From an uncultured Actinomycetota bacterium (GTDB lineage Bacteria; Actinomycetota; Actinomycetes; Streptomycetales; Streptomycetaceae), in NCBI GenBank assembly GCA_963756705.1, contig CAVWOS010000009.1, positions 18,120-82,119 on the forward strand: DNA of 64,000 nt, written 5' to 3'. The position numbers were made by a program, and so were the translations under genes. Position 1 is the stretch's first letter. Every line of letters begins with the position of its first letter. This document shows, one piece after another, positions 38,215 through 48,269 of this stretch. The notes under the pieces were generated by a model. That model was not told where the DNA came from. It did no database searches and worked only from the letters and a program-made list of their open reading frames with translations.

Positions 38215-38967
38215 GTGTCATCCCGCCCCGCCGTTACCGTGATTACGCCGACCCGGCTCGTAGCCGGCCGCCTCGGCTACCTGGCGGAGCTGTATCGCAG
38301 CCTCGCCACCCAGCGCCTTCAGGATTGGGAATGGATTCTCACGCCCGATGGGGCCGACCCCGCGCTGATCCCGGCATCCATCACCGCGGACCGCCGCGTC
38401 CGTATCAACCCCATGCCCCGCCAGGTCGGCGCTGCCTGCGCGCGGAATTTATCTCTCGTCCTGGCTGCCGGCGATTACGTCACCTATGTGGATGACGACG
38501 ATTTGCTCATCGGCCCCGACTCCCTCGGCGTCCGATACCGACGCGCGGAGGAAACCGGACTCGGGTGGGTGGCCGGCCAGCGCGCCGACCTCACACCCGA
38601 TGGCATTCTCACCGTCACCCACCCTCTGGCTCCCGGGCATTACCGGCCCGGAGCCATTTGGCAGGCATGGGCCTCACCCGCCGACAGCGCGCCGCCCCTG
38701 GGACACACCCAGCTCCTCATCCGGACCAACCTGGCCCTGCGCTCCGGTCAGGGCGGTCTTATCCAGGGGGAGGATTACGTGACCGTAATTCTCGCGCAAG
38801 GGCAAGCCCCTGGTGAGGTGCTCCCTGACATTGTCTACGGTTACAGGGTCCACGATCTTCAGATGACGCGGCATCCGACGTACGGGGCGCTGGAGCTGGC
38901 CGTACGCCGCTATAGCTGGCTGCTGGGCAAGGCGCAGCTCGACAACGCCGAGGAGAGCGAACGGTGA
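38215..38967 (+). CDS. GT2-family glycosyltransferase containing one in-frame TTA codon
   Basis: VTVITPT, ARN, YVDDDD, EDY motifs; CGG AAT TTA TCT at 38443-38454. Confidence 0.85.
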   Translation: MSSRPAVTVITPTRLVAGRLGYLAELYRSLATQRLQDWEWILTPDGADPALIPASITADRRVRINPMPRQVGAACARNLSLVLAAGDYVTYVDDDDLLIGPDSLGVRYRRAEETGLGWVAGQRADLTPDGILTVTHPLAPGHYRPGAIWQAWASPADSAPPLGHTQLLIRTNLALRSGQGGLIQGEDYVTVILAQGQAPGEVLPDIVYGYRVHDLQMTRHPTYGALELAVRRYSWLLGKAQLDNAEESER

Positions 38968-39494
38968 GGAACAACTCAGCAGCGACGCTGCCTTCCGACG
39001 GACCCAAGCCTCCGTACCTGATGGCCGCTGACCGTCTCCGGCTGGAGATCCGCGCCGGCCGCTACAAGCCCGGCGACCGGCTCCCGTCATCGCGCGAGCT
39101 GCGGGGGAGCCTGGGCATCGCGAACGCCACGGTGCGCGCGGCGCTCCGGGTCCTGCGGCAGGAGGGACTGGTCTACTCGGTCCAGGGGCGCGGCACCTAC
39201 GTGGCAGATCCTGCCATGCCCCCTGACGGTGCCCACAGCCCAGCAGCCACCTTGGCCCTGGTTATGGAAGTGCGGGACGAAGTGCGGCGCATCGGGGACG
39301 TGGTGACCGATCTCCGGGCGCGCGCTGAGGTTCCCGGAGTGCTGGGGCCGCGGCAAGGGAAATATTGGGACCTTGTGAGCGCTCTCCGGGTGGGCGGCGT
39401 TTCCGGCACGCATGTCCCTGCCCCTCCGGGACGATGCCCGGTTGATGTCGGTTTCCCGGCGATTGGGGGCCGCAAATGCCGTATATTGGTGTAG
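38964..39494 (+). CDS. GntR-family winged-HTH regulator
   Basis: YKPGDRLPSSREL..GIANATVRAALRVLRQEGLVYSVQGRGTYV. Confidence 0.85.
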   Translation: MRNNSAATLPSDGPKPPYLMAADRLRLEIRAGRYKPGDRLPSSRELRGSLGIANATVRAALRVLRQEGLVYSVQGRGTYVADPAMPPDGAHSPAATLALVMEVRDEVRRIGDVVTDLRARAEVPGVLGPRQGKYWDLVSALRVGGVSGTHVPAPPGRCPVDVGFPAIGGRKCRILV

Positions 39495-39534
39495 GAGTCA
39501 TCTGATCTCGGCGTGGTCGAGCAGCAGGCGAGAA

Positions 39535-42492
39535 ATGAGTCAGCGCAAGCGCGGCACACGGCAGCCCCTGTTGGGTTCATCGGAGGCTGCACGGCTGCGC
39601 CTTCTTGAGGCCGAGAGCGACGGATTGGCCGATTTCGAGCTGGCGCGTCTCACGCTCCTCCAGGCGGTGGCGGGCATCGGGGGGCTCGGCGGCATGATCC
39701 ATCGGTACAGTCCGGCGGATCGCACCCTGCATCTGGTGGCGGCCAACGGGCTCACCCGGGCCCTCGCTGCGGCGTGGGAGGATCTCGCCGGGGACGATGA
39801 GGGGGCGCCGGCGCAGGCGATCCGCGACGGCCGCCTCGCCTGGCTGCCGGCCGAGGCGGCGAGCCCCGCCCCATCCGGTCAGGCCCCCGCCCCGCACGAT
39901 CCGACGGCCGGCCGGTGGGGCTTCCCCGAGGGCACGGGGCTCGCTGTTGTCCCGGTCCCCGGTGCGGACGGCCCGCTGGCGGTCGTGTCGGTGCTGACGG
40001 CTCAGCCGGGCGGGCCCGACGAGGAGGGGCGGGCGTTCCTGCGGGCCTTGGCCGCGCAGACCGGCGGGCATCTGCAGGAGCTGCGCCGGGCAGCGCCGTC
40101 CTTGGACCCGTCCTGGTGGCAGGAGCCGTCGGGCTCGCGCCTGCAGCAGGCCATGCACGGCGTCCGTACCGGGGTCGGCGAGTGGGATGTCGTCACGGGC
40201 GAGCTGGTCTGCGACGAGGTGATGCTCGAAGTCGGCGGCCTGGACCCGCGCACTTTCGACGGCAGGATCGACACCTGGATGGGCGTCGTGCATCCCGACG
40301 ACCTGCCCGGCGTACAGGCCGCCCTCCAGGGCGCGCTCACCTCGGGGAATGTGGTCAGTGTCGAATACCGGGTGTGTCATTCGGACGGCAGCGTCCACTG
40401 GGTCGAGTCGCGTGCCCACGTCACGCTCGGCGAAAACGGCGAGCCGGTTCTGATGTCCGGGACGGTGTGGGACATCACGGAGACCCGCCTGGCCCGGGAT
40501 TCCATCGGGCGCGTCCTGGAGCACATGAGCGACGGATTCGTCGTGCTCGACGGGGAATCACGCATCATGTACGCCAACGCGGAAGCGGAGCGCCTCTTCG
40601 GGTCACCCGGGGGTCTGTCGGGGCGCGTGCTGGGGGAGGCCGTTCCCGAGACTGATGCCCTGGGCCTGGCGGGGCGCCTCCGGGAGACCGCCGCCGCGGG
40701 GGTGCCCGCGGGGTTCGATGTCCGGTGGCCCGGCACTCGCCGCTCCTATCACTTGCGGCTGGTGCCGGTACCCGCCGGTGTCACGGTCTACATTGCGGAT
40801 GTCACCGAGCAGCGCATGCGGGAGGAGGCTCGTGCCGCGGCGGTACGTGCCGCGGCGGTACGTGCCGCGCGTATCGCGGAGTTGACCGCTACGCTGGCGC
40901 AGGCACTCACCGTGCGCGATGTCGTGGACGCCGTCGCTGCACGGGTCCTGGCGTCGTTCGGCGCCACCGCATTGATCGTGCAGGCCCGGGACGGCGACCG
41001 GCTGCGGACGGTGGGGACCGTGGGGTATTCCCGCGAGGCCCTCGGCTCCCTCGGCACGCCGCGCCTCCCGGAGGGCCCGACGCCGGGCGAGCCGTTTGCC
41101 GCGCACACGTTCGTCGCCTCGGGCGACGAACTTGCTGCGCTGGGTCGCTCGGCCGGCTTCCGGGACTGCGGGCGGTTGAACGCGTGGGCGTTCCTGCCGC
41201 TCATCGCCTCCGGGCACGCTGTCGGCAGCTGCGTGATCGCGTGGGATCGGCCGCGGCGGTTCTCCGGCGAGGAGCGTGCGCTGCTGACCGCGCTGAGCGG
41301 CCTGGTGGCCCAGGCTCTGGAGCGGGCCCGGCTCTACGACCTCGCTCACACGCGCGCGCACGAGTTGCAGCGCGGCCTGCTGCCCCGCGTCCTGCCCTCG
41401 CTGTCCGCGGTCGCGGCCGCGGCCCGTTACCTGCCGGCCGGCGACGACGCGGAGGTCGGCGGCGACTGGTACGACGTCATCCGTCTGTCGTCGGATCGCG
41501 TGGCGATCGTCATCGGCGACGTCATGGGTCACGGCCTGTCCGAGGCCGCCACCATGGGCCGCCTGCGCACCGCCATCCGCACTCTGGCCGATCTTGACAT
41601 TCCTCCCTCCGAGTTGCTGGCCCATCTCAACGATCTGGTCAGTGGGCTCGGCGACGATTTCTACGCGACCTGCCTGTACGCCGTGTACGACCCCACCACC
41701 CGTATCTGCACTTTTGCCCGTGCCGGTCACCCGCCGCCCGCCATCGTCGCTCCTGATGGCACCGTCACCTTCCCTGACCTCGCCTCGGCGCCGCCGCTGG
41801 GCGCCGCGACCCCGCCCTTCGACACCGTGGACATGGGGCTGCCGGACGGCAGCATCCTCGTCCTGTACACCGACGGCCTGGTCGCGGCGACGGGCCTGGA
41901 CATCGACGACGGGAGAGCACGGCTTGCCGGGGTCCTGACCGCTGCTGTGGCCCCGCCGATGCCGGCCGCAGCCGGCGACGACGGGGGCGCGGCATGCGCG
42001 GGTCTGGAAGACCTGTGTGACGCGCTCACCGCCGCACTCGTGCCCGCCCGGCGGCGCGGCAGCGACGACGCGGCGCTGCTCGTCGCCCGCACCCACGGCC
42101 TTGCCTCCCAGGACATTGCCTCCTGGCCACTGCCCGATTCCGCTATCGCTGCGGGGCAGGCGCGCGACTACGTCCGGGGCCAGCTCGGGAAGTGGGGTCT
42201 GGACGAGCTCGTCATGACGACCGAACTGCTGGTCTCCGAACTGGTCGGCAATGTCGTCCGTCATGCCCGGGGCCCGGTCCGGCTGCGTCTGCTGCGCGGA
42301 ACGGCCCTGACCTGCGAGGTCTCCGACGGTAGTCAGAGCACTCCCCGTATCCGCCGGGCAGCCGAGACCGACGAGGGCGGACGCGGACTCCAGCTGGTCG
42401 CCGCCATGTCTCATCGGTGGGGCGCCCGCCCCACGGCCACCGGGAAATGCATCTGGACCGAACAGCTCCTCCCTGGAGACGAACGCGGGTGA
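39535..42492 (+). CDS. GAF-PAS-GAF-SpoIIE(PP2C)-HATPase multi-sensor protein
   Basis: PAS VHPDDL, EVGGDWYDV, IGDVMGHG, LYTDGLV, SELVGN..DEGGRGLQLV. Confidence 0.92.
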   Translation: MSQRKRGTRQPLLGSSEAARLRLLEAESDGLADFELARLTLLQAVAGIGGLGGMIHRYSPADRTLHLVAANGLTRALAAAWEDLAGDDEGAPAQAIRDGRLAWLPAEAASPAPSGQAPAPHDPTAGRWGFPEGTGLAVVPVPGADGPLAVVSVLTAQPGGPDEEGRAFLRALAAQTGGHLQELRRAAPSLDPSWWQEPSGSRLQQAMHGVRTGVGEWDVVTGELVCDEVMLEVGGLDPRTFDGRIDTWMGVVHPDDLPGVQAALQGALTSGNVVSVEYRVCHSDGSVHWVESRAHVTLGENGEPVLMSGTVWDITETRLARDSIGRVLEHMSDGFVVLDGESRIMYANAEAERLFGSPGGLSGRVLGEAVPETDALGLAGRLRETAAAGVPAGFDVRWPGTRRSYHLRLVPVPAGVTVYIADVTEQRMREEARAAAVRAAAVRAARIAELTATLAQALTVRDVVDAVAARVLASFGATALIVQARDGDRLRTVGTVGYSREALGSLGTPRLPEGPTPGEPFAAHTFVASGDELAALGRSAGFRDCGRLNAWAFLPLIASGHAVGSCVIAWDRPRRFSGEERALLTALSGLVAQALERARLYDLAHTRAHELQRGLLPRVLPSLSAVAAAARYLPAGDDAEVGGDWYDVIRLSSDRVAIVIGDVMGHGLSEAATMGRLRTAIRTLADLDIPPSELLAHLNDLVSGLGDDFYATCLYAVYDPTTRICTFARAGHPPPAIVAPDGTVTFPDLASAPPLGAATPPFDTVDMGLPDGSILVLYTDGLVAATGLDIDDGRARLAGVLTAAVAPPMPAAAGDDGGAACAGLEDLCDALTAALVPARRRGSDDAALLVARTHGLASQDIASWPLPDSAIAAGQARDYVRGQLGKWGLDELVMTTELLVSELVGNVVRHARGPVRLRLLRGTALTCEVSDGSQSTPRIRRAAETDEGGRGLQLVAAMSHRWGARPTATGKCIWTEQLLPGDERG

Positions 42493-42571
42493 CAGGGTCG
42501 TGCGGGGTGGAGTCCCAGCGGCAGCCGTCGCCGTCCTTGGGGAACTCGGGTCACAGTGGTGGCGCCTGCCT

Positions 42572-45500
42572 TCACAAGGAGGAGGGGACGGCCCACACGC
42601 ATTTGCCGTGCTCGGTGTATCGGGTGCCCCAGCGTTTGGCGGCCGCTGCGGCGACGAGTTGCAGGCCGCGCCCGAACTCGTCGCTGAGGTGGGGGTGGCG
42701 TACGCGCGGGGTGGCTTCGCTGCCGTCGTAGCACTCCACGATCGCGGTGCCGTCCAGGTTCAGCAGCCGCAGCCGGATGATCTCACCATGCTCGCCGGGG
42801 ACATCGCCGACGTCGATACCGCGGGCGTAGCGGACTGTGTTGCCGACCAGTTCGGAGACGATCAGTTCCGCGGATTCGGCTACGTCGGTCAGGCCCCAGC
42901 CGGTCAGGGTTCGTGCCACAGCGCTGCGGGCGGTGGCGGCGGATTCGGCGGTGCGGGGCAGGTCCCAGGATGCGATGTGCCCGTCGGGTACGCGGCGGGT
43001 GCTGGCCGCCAGCACGGCCGCGTCCGCGGGGCGTCCGTGCAGCAGGTCGCCGGTGATCGCCTCGCACAATCCGGTCAGCCACGCTTCGGTGCTGGCGGCA
43101 GGGACGGGCGTGGCCGTGGTGTGGCGGTGGATCGCCTCGATCACGGGGTCGGCGTCTTCGTCGGGGTGGTCGTGCAGGCCGGTGTGGAGCACGAGCACCG
43201 CCCCGTCGGGCAGGGTGGTTTCGGCGACTTCAGCGGGGAGGGTGGCGATGCCGATGGGGTCGCCGACGGGCACGGCCAGGACGGTGGGGTCCGCGCCCGG
43301 CGCCAGCAGGATCGGCGGGGGGTGGCCGGCCGATGCCATCGCGCAGTGGCCGGTGGTGGCGTCGTACTCCACCAGCAGGCAGGTGGCGGTCACTGCCGGG
43401 CCGCGCCGGCTCAGGCGCAGGGCGGAGTCGGTCAGGTGGGCGAGGATCTCGTCGGGGGGCAGGTCTTGTTCGGCGTAGGTCAGTACGGCGTGGCGCAGGA
43501 TGCCCATGGTGATGGCGGCTTCCAGGCTGTCGGCGATGCTGCGGACGTCGCCGGCGACGAGCAGGGTTCGCCCGCCGGGCCTGCGGATGGTGTCGGACCA
43601 GTGGCCGGCCAGCTGCCCGGCGGTCCGGTAGAGGGCGGCTGCGGTCATGCCGATCAGCGGGCCCGGTCGGCCGGGCAGGAGTTCGGCTTCCAGCCGGTCC
43701 GCGCGGTGCCGGGTCTCCTCGTAGGCTGCGGCGCGTTCCAGGGCCTGGGCCAGGACCAGGGCGATGGTGCTCAGCACTGCGGTGTCGTCCCCGGCGACCT
43801 TGCGCGGCTTCGTCCAGCTGATCACGCACGACCCCACGCGGCGGCGGCCTGCCGTCACCAGTGGCACCATGGCCCATGCCCGCTTGCCGCCGCGTTCCGC
43901 CAGCGGCAGCAGCCACGGCCAGCGGTTCCCGAACTCCTGGAGTCCTTCGACAACCTGCGGTGGTCCGTTGACGGCGATGCCGGCCTCGGCCCGCTCGGGC
44001 CAGGCAAGCGTCTTCAGGCCGGTCACGAAGTCGTCGCTGTAGCCGTGGATACCGGCCAGCCGCGGCGCGGGGCCGGTCAGGTCGTGCAGGATCAGTCCGT
44101 CCGCGCCCATCAGGGGCAGCAGGTGGTCGGCGACTGCCTGCACCACGTCGGGGACCTCCCACGCCCCCGCCAGGGCCCGGTGGAAGTCGGCCAGCCGGCG
44201 GTTTCGCTCGGCTTTGGCCTGCTCGGCGTGGGTCTGCTCGGTGATATCGGCGCCGGTCACGGCGACATAGCCGCCGATGTCGACCGCCCGGAGCCGGTAG
44301 TAGGCGGTCCGGCCGCCGCGGGACTTCTCAGGCGCGGACGCGATGCTGGTGACCGGGACGCCGGGGGTGGCACGGGCCCGCTCTATCAGCTCGGGCATGC
44401 CCTGCTTCTTCAGGGCCGGCACTGCTTTCCACGGCACCCGGCCCGCGAGGGCGACGCCCTCACGCTCTGCCAGGGCGGCCGCCGCGCGGTTGAGCCAGAG
44501 AACCTCGTTGTCCCGGCCCAGTATGTATTGCGGATCGGGGTGGGACTCCATCAGCCCGACCAGCCACGTCCCTTGACCGTGCCGCGCGGTGACGTCGCAG
44601 GCCGTGCCCTCCATACGCACCGGCTCGCCGCCCCCGTCGACCACGAACCGGGCCTGCAGCTCCAGCCACGAGACCCGCCCCTCCCGGTCGGTCACCCGGT
44701 ACTCCACGAGATACGGGCGGAGATCGTTCATGCTGCGCTCGATGGCCCGATCGACCCCGGGACGATCATCAGCGTGGATACGCGCCATCCAGCCCTCGAT
44801 ACGCCGGTCCCAGGTGGCCGGGTCCAGGCCCGCCAGACGGACCAGTCCCTCGATCGTCCGGTCTTTGAGGTCGAGCAGGCCGGTACCCAGATCCCACGAC
44901 CACTCACCCACCCCGGCCCTGTCCACGGTGGTGGATACGGCCGGGGTCTGCCGCCACGGCGGCCGGCCGGTCAGCCGGCGGTGCGCGGTCGGCAGCCGGG
45001 CGGACACCACCGCGGCGATCCGGGCCACGTCCTGTTTCCGTCGGCTGTCCGGCTCGCCGTCCGACAGCATCACCAGCACCGACAACGCCCCCACCGGGGC
45101 CCCGCCGCTGGTCAGCGGCACCGACCACACGCCCACCGGCGGCGCGGCGAGTGGGTCCGGCCAGGCGGTCGACCAGGAGGCTTGGCCCAGAACAGCGGCG
45201 CGGACCGGTGCGAGAGCGGTCCCTGTCGACGCCAGCACGTCCCACTGGCCGGCCTCGTCGGTCGATAGGCCACAGACCGCCGTCAGCTGCCAGGTGTCCC
45301 CGTCCCGTCCCGCCAGGTGCGCCATGGCACCCACACCGTCGGCCGCCAGGGCCGCGCTCTGCACGGCGCGCCGCAGCAGCTCGGCCTCGTCCGCGTCGGC
45401 GTCGGCGGTCAGCCACCGCAGCCGCCGCCGCATCTTGTCCGTGATGCCCGGGGGCGCAGGTATCTCCGGCTCGCGGAGCGCCACTGTGATCACCTCCACC

Positions 45501-45628
45501 GCCCCTGATGGGCGGATCATTGCTGGAGGGCCAGGAACGGGGCAGCCACGATGTTGTCGGTGGCGCCCGAGCGAGCGACCGGGAGGCGTGGAAGAGGAGG
45601 GCTCTACCGGTTCGCTCGCGACGTGCAC
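42572..45628 (-). CDS. second GAF-PAS-SpoIIE-HATPase protein with degenerate phosphatase motifs (start uncertain)
   Basis: IHADDR PAS, SELVGN..DEFGRGL; GHWSDT, AGDVRS and LHTGL replace GGDWYD, GDVMGH and YTDGL. Confidence 0.85.
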   Translation of the reverse strand: MHVASEPVEPSSSTPPGRSLGRHRQHRGCPVPGPPAMIRPSGAVEVITVALREPEIPAPPGITDKMRRRLRWLTADADADEAELLRRAVQSAALAADGVGAMAHLAGRDGDTWQLTAVCGLSTDEAGQWDVLASTGTALAPVRAAVLGQASWSTAWPDPLAAPPVGVWSVPLTSGGAPVGALSVLVMLSDGEPDSRRKQDVARIAAVVSARLPTAHRRLTGRPPWRQTPAVSTTVDRAGVGEWSWDLGTGLLDLKDRTIEGLVRLAGLDPATWDRRIEGWMARIHADDRPGVDRAIERSMNDLRPYLVEYRVTDREGRVSWLELQARFVVDGGGEPVRMEGTACDVTARHGQGTWLVGLMESHPDPQYILGRDNEVLWLNRAAAALAEREGVALAGRVPWKAVPALKKQGMPELIERARATPGVPVTSIASAPEKSRGGRTAYYRLRAVDIGGYVAVTGADITEQTHAEQAKAERNRRLADFHRALAGAWEVPDVVQAVADHLLPLMGADGLILHDLTGPAPRLAGIHGYSDDFVTGLKTLAWPERAEAGIAVNGPPQVVEGLQEFGNRWPWLLPLAERGGKRAWAMVPLVTAGRRRVGSCVISWTKPRKVAGDDTAVLSTIALVLAQALERAAAYEETRHRADRLEAELLPGRPGPLIGMTAAALYRTAGQLAGHWSDTIRRPGGRTLLVAGDVRSIADSLEAAITMGILRHAVLTYAEQDLPPDEILAHLTDSALRLSRRGPAVTATCLLVEYDATTGHCAMASAGHPPPILLAPGADPTVLAVPVGDPIGIATLPAEVAETTLPDGAVLVLHTGLHDHPDEDADPVIEAIHRHTTATPVPAASTEAWLTGLCEAITGDLLHGRPADAAVLAASTRRVPDGHIASWDLPRTAESAATARSAVARTLTGWGLTDVAESAELIVSELVGNTVRYARGIDVGDVPGEHGEIIRLRLLNLDGTAIVECYDGSEATPRVRHPHLSDEFGRGLQLVAAAAAKRWGTRYTEHGKCVWAVPSSL

Positions 45629-45952
45629 GGGTCAGCAGGTCACCGGGGTAACGACGGGGGTGATCCCGGCCGCAAGGGCTGGTGCGCGCGGGCCGGACCC
45701 GCGGCCGCGGGCGGCAGCTCAGCGCCCCGCGCCGTCCGGCGGGTGGCCCTTGGTACGGGGGCCGACGGCGGCAGGTCGATCGGATGCGCGGCTACCGGGT
45801 TCATGATGCGTCCGACACGGGATCTTGCTCCCTCGGCGCGACGCCCCTGGCATCGACAAGGGTGCGCCTTCCACCATCTTCCCATGCCCTCCCGACGTGG
45901 ATTTTGCTCTCGCCGGGCGACGGGTGGCTCCTCACGGGGGGTGGTCATCGGT

Positions 45953-46306
45953 TCACAGCTCCGCGGGCCTGCATGCGTCTGTAGAGGGGCAGGGGCCGGA
46001 AAGGACGAGGTTGAGCAGGCCGGGGAAGCGCTGCCCGAACTCGTCCTGGCGCAGCCGGTTGACGCGGTAGGGGCCCTTGTCGCGCTGCTCAAGCAGGCCG
46101 GCGCTGCGCAGTACGGCGAAGTGGTGGCTTCCGCTGCTCTTGTCGACGGGGAGGTTGAGGGAGCCGTTGGTGTGGTGCCAGTCGGGGGCCGCGGCCAGGG
46201 TACGGATGATGGCCAGCCGTACCGGGCTGGAGAGGGCGGCCAGGGCCTGGTGCAGTGGGACGTGCCGGGGGTGGGTGTGGTGGGCCGGCCGGCGCGGCCC
46301 GGTCAT
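45953..46306 (-). CDS. ArsR/SmtB-family regulator
   Basis: LAALSSPVRLAII..KSSGSHHFAVLRSAGLL..RFPGLL. Confidence 0.85.
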   Translation of the reverse strand: MTGPRRPAHHTHPRHVPLHQALAALSSPVRLAIIRTLAAAPDWHHTNGSLNLPVDKSSGSHHFAVLRSAGLLEQRDKGPYRVNRLRQDEFGQRFPGLLNLVLSGPCPSTDACRPAEL

Positions 46307-46626
46307 GAGGTGGTGCCGGGCGGCAGGCCGTCGGCGATGATCAGTTGGCGGTCGAGGGGGGTGTGGAGGGCTTGGAGGGCCTTGGCGTAGGCCGGTGAGG
46401 TGTACCAGCGGTGTGCGGTGGCGGTGTCGGGGAATTCGATGATGACGATGCGCAGGTGGGGCGCGGGGGCGGCGCCTTCCAGGGTCTCGGGGCGGGCGTC
46501 GCGGCCCAGGTATCGGCCGCCGTGCTCGGCGACGGCGGCTGCGGCGAGCGGCTTGTAGGCGGCGAGGGCTTCGCGGGCGGTCGGGTCGGTGGGTATGTGG
46601 ACGTGTGAGATCACGTATGCGGGCAT
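46303..46626 (-). CDS. DUF1330-family protein
   Basis: MPAYVI..HGGRYL..LEG..IVIIEFPD..AHRWYTSPAY. Confidence 0.85.
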   Translation of the reverse strand: MPAYVISHVHIPTDPTAREALAAYKPLAAAAVAEHGGRYLGRDARPETLEGAAPAPHLRIVIIEFPDTATAHRWYTSPAYAKALQALHTPLDRQLIIADGLPPGTTS

Positions 46627-46627
46627 G

Positions 46628-47535
46628 TCAGGCTTCCTCATGCGGGGGTTGATGGGTCGTGACCGGTCCGGGGATGACGTCGCCTCGGATGCGGCCGATG
46701 AGGGCCCCGGTGCCGGAGTCGAGCACGCCGGGAGCGTCAGTGCGCGGGCAGGACGAAGCGGTAGCCGGAGCCGGTCAGTCGCTGCAGGGCGGCGACCTCT
46801 TGGGCGAGGCACGGGGTGAAGTTGGCGGTGGTGGCGGGTGCGGCGGGGTCGAGGTAGCCCGGCTGCATGCGGGCGGTGGGGGTCTGGTCCGGGTGGTGCA
46901 GCAGGGCCGCGTCCAGGTCGTAGACGAGGTCGCCGCACAGGCAGGCGGTGCCCTCGGCGGTGGTGACGGTGATGCTCATCGACCCGGCGGTGTGGCCGCC
47001 GGTGGCGTAGCAGGTGATGCCGGGCAGGATCTGGAGCGGCCCGCTCTCGTCGAGGTCGAGCAGCCGAAGCCCCCCTGCGTGAGAGGCGGTCCACCAGGTG
47101 GTGCAGGTCGTCCTTGGCGTAGGCCAGGCTCTGCAGGCCGCCGAAAGCCGCGCCCATCTCGGCGCGGTGGACGATGACCGGGACGTCCATGGGGATCTCG
47201 TCGAGGTGTCCGGCGTGGTCGCGGTGCAGGTGCGTCATGAGGACGCAGTGCAGGTCGGCGGGCGTGATGCCGTGGGCGGCGAGTTGGGCGTGGAATTCCT
47301 GCTCGGGCAGGATCTCGCCCCCGCTGCCCAGGACGGACGGGTCGCGGTAGCCGGCATCAACCAGAATCGGGCCGCTGGGTCCGCCGGTGATGAGGTAGCC
47401 CTGGGCCGGCACTGTCGTGACGGTGCCGGGCTTACGGCCCCGGACCAGCCCAGCTTTGTCGATGACGACCGACCCGAAATTCAGGCGGTGGATGGTGTAC
47501 GCGGGCGCGCCGGTGGTGCCGGTATCGGCCTTCAT
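46628..47535 (-). CDS. metallo-beta-lactamase-fold N-acyl-homoserine lactonase-like hydrolase (2 frameshifts)
   Basis: ILVDAG, THLHRDHAGH (HxHxDH), GGHTAGS, GDLVY, PAH. Confidence 0.8.
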
Positions 47536-47564
47536 AGTGCGATTCCTATCGGTCTGAGTCGATA

Positions 47565-48269
47565 TCAGAAGTATGTCGGATTCCGCACCGGCGATGTCCG
47601 TGACGGGCTCGGCCACGCCGTCACGGATGACGTAGCCGCGGTCGCAGACCCCGGCGAGCAGTTGCGTGTTCTGGTCGACCAGCAGCAGTGCTACGGCGCT
47701 TGCTCCGGTGACGGCGGCGAGCGCGGTGGTGATGTCCAGGGCCGCCCTGGGGGACAGCCCGAGGCTGAGCTCATCGACCATGAGCAGCGTCGGCTGGGCC
47801 ATCAGTCCGCGGGCGATGGCGAGCATCTGCTGCTCGCCGCCGCTGAGCTGTCCGGCCCGGCGGCCGGACAACTCCCGCAGCCGGGGGAAGATGCTCCAGC
47901 ACGCTGTCCAGCACGCCGGTCTCCGGCCGGGCGACGGCTGCCGCCCCGTAGCGGAGGTTGTCCAGGACGCTCAACTCCCGGAACACCTGCCGGCCCTCCG
48001 GGACGTGGACGATGCCGGCGCGGGCGACGTCCTCGGGGCGGGCGGGCAGGGAACGCCCGGCGGACAGCGCCCGCTCGCAGGTGCGGGGGATCACCCCGGA
48101 CAGGGCGCGCAGCAGGGTGGTCTTGCCGGCCCCGTTGAGCCCGCCCACCCCGACGATTTCGCCCGGCGCGATGCGGATGTCGACGCCGCGCAGGACTTGG
48201 ACCGGGCCGTATCCGGCGTGCAGACCGGCCACGTCCAGGACCGGGTCGGGCAGCGGGTTGGCGGATCAT
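47565..48269 (-). CDS. livF: LivF-like ABC ATPase (frameshifted)
   Basis: GLNGAGKTT, HVPEGRQVF, LSGGEQQM, DELSLGL. Confidence 0.85.

Noticed and set aside
46303-47871. Apparent LivF-lactonase-DUF1330 fusion ORF in the track
   Set aside because: It is stitched by frameshifts. Each part has its own SD/ATG (47535, 46626) and a stop appears after a one-base correction (TACTTCTGA at 47565).
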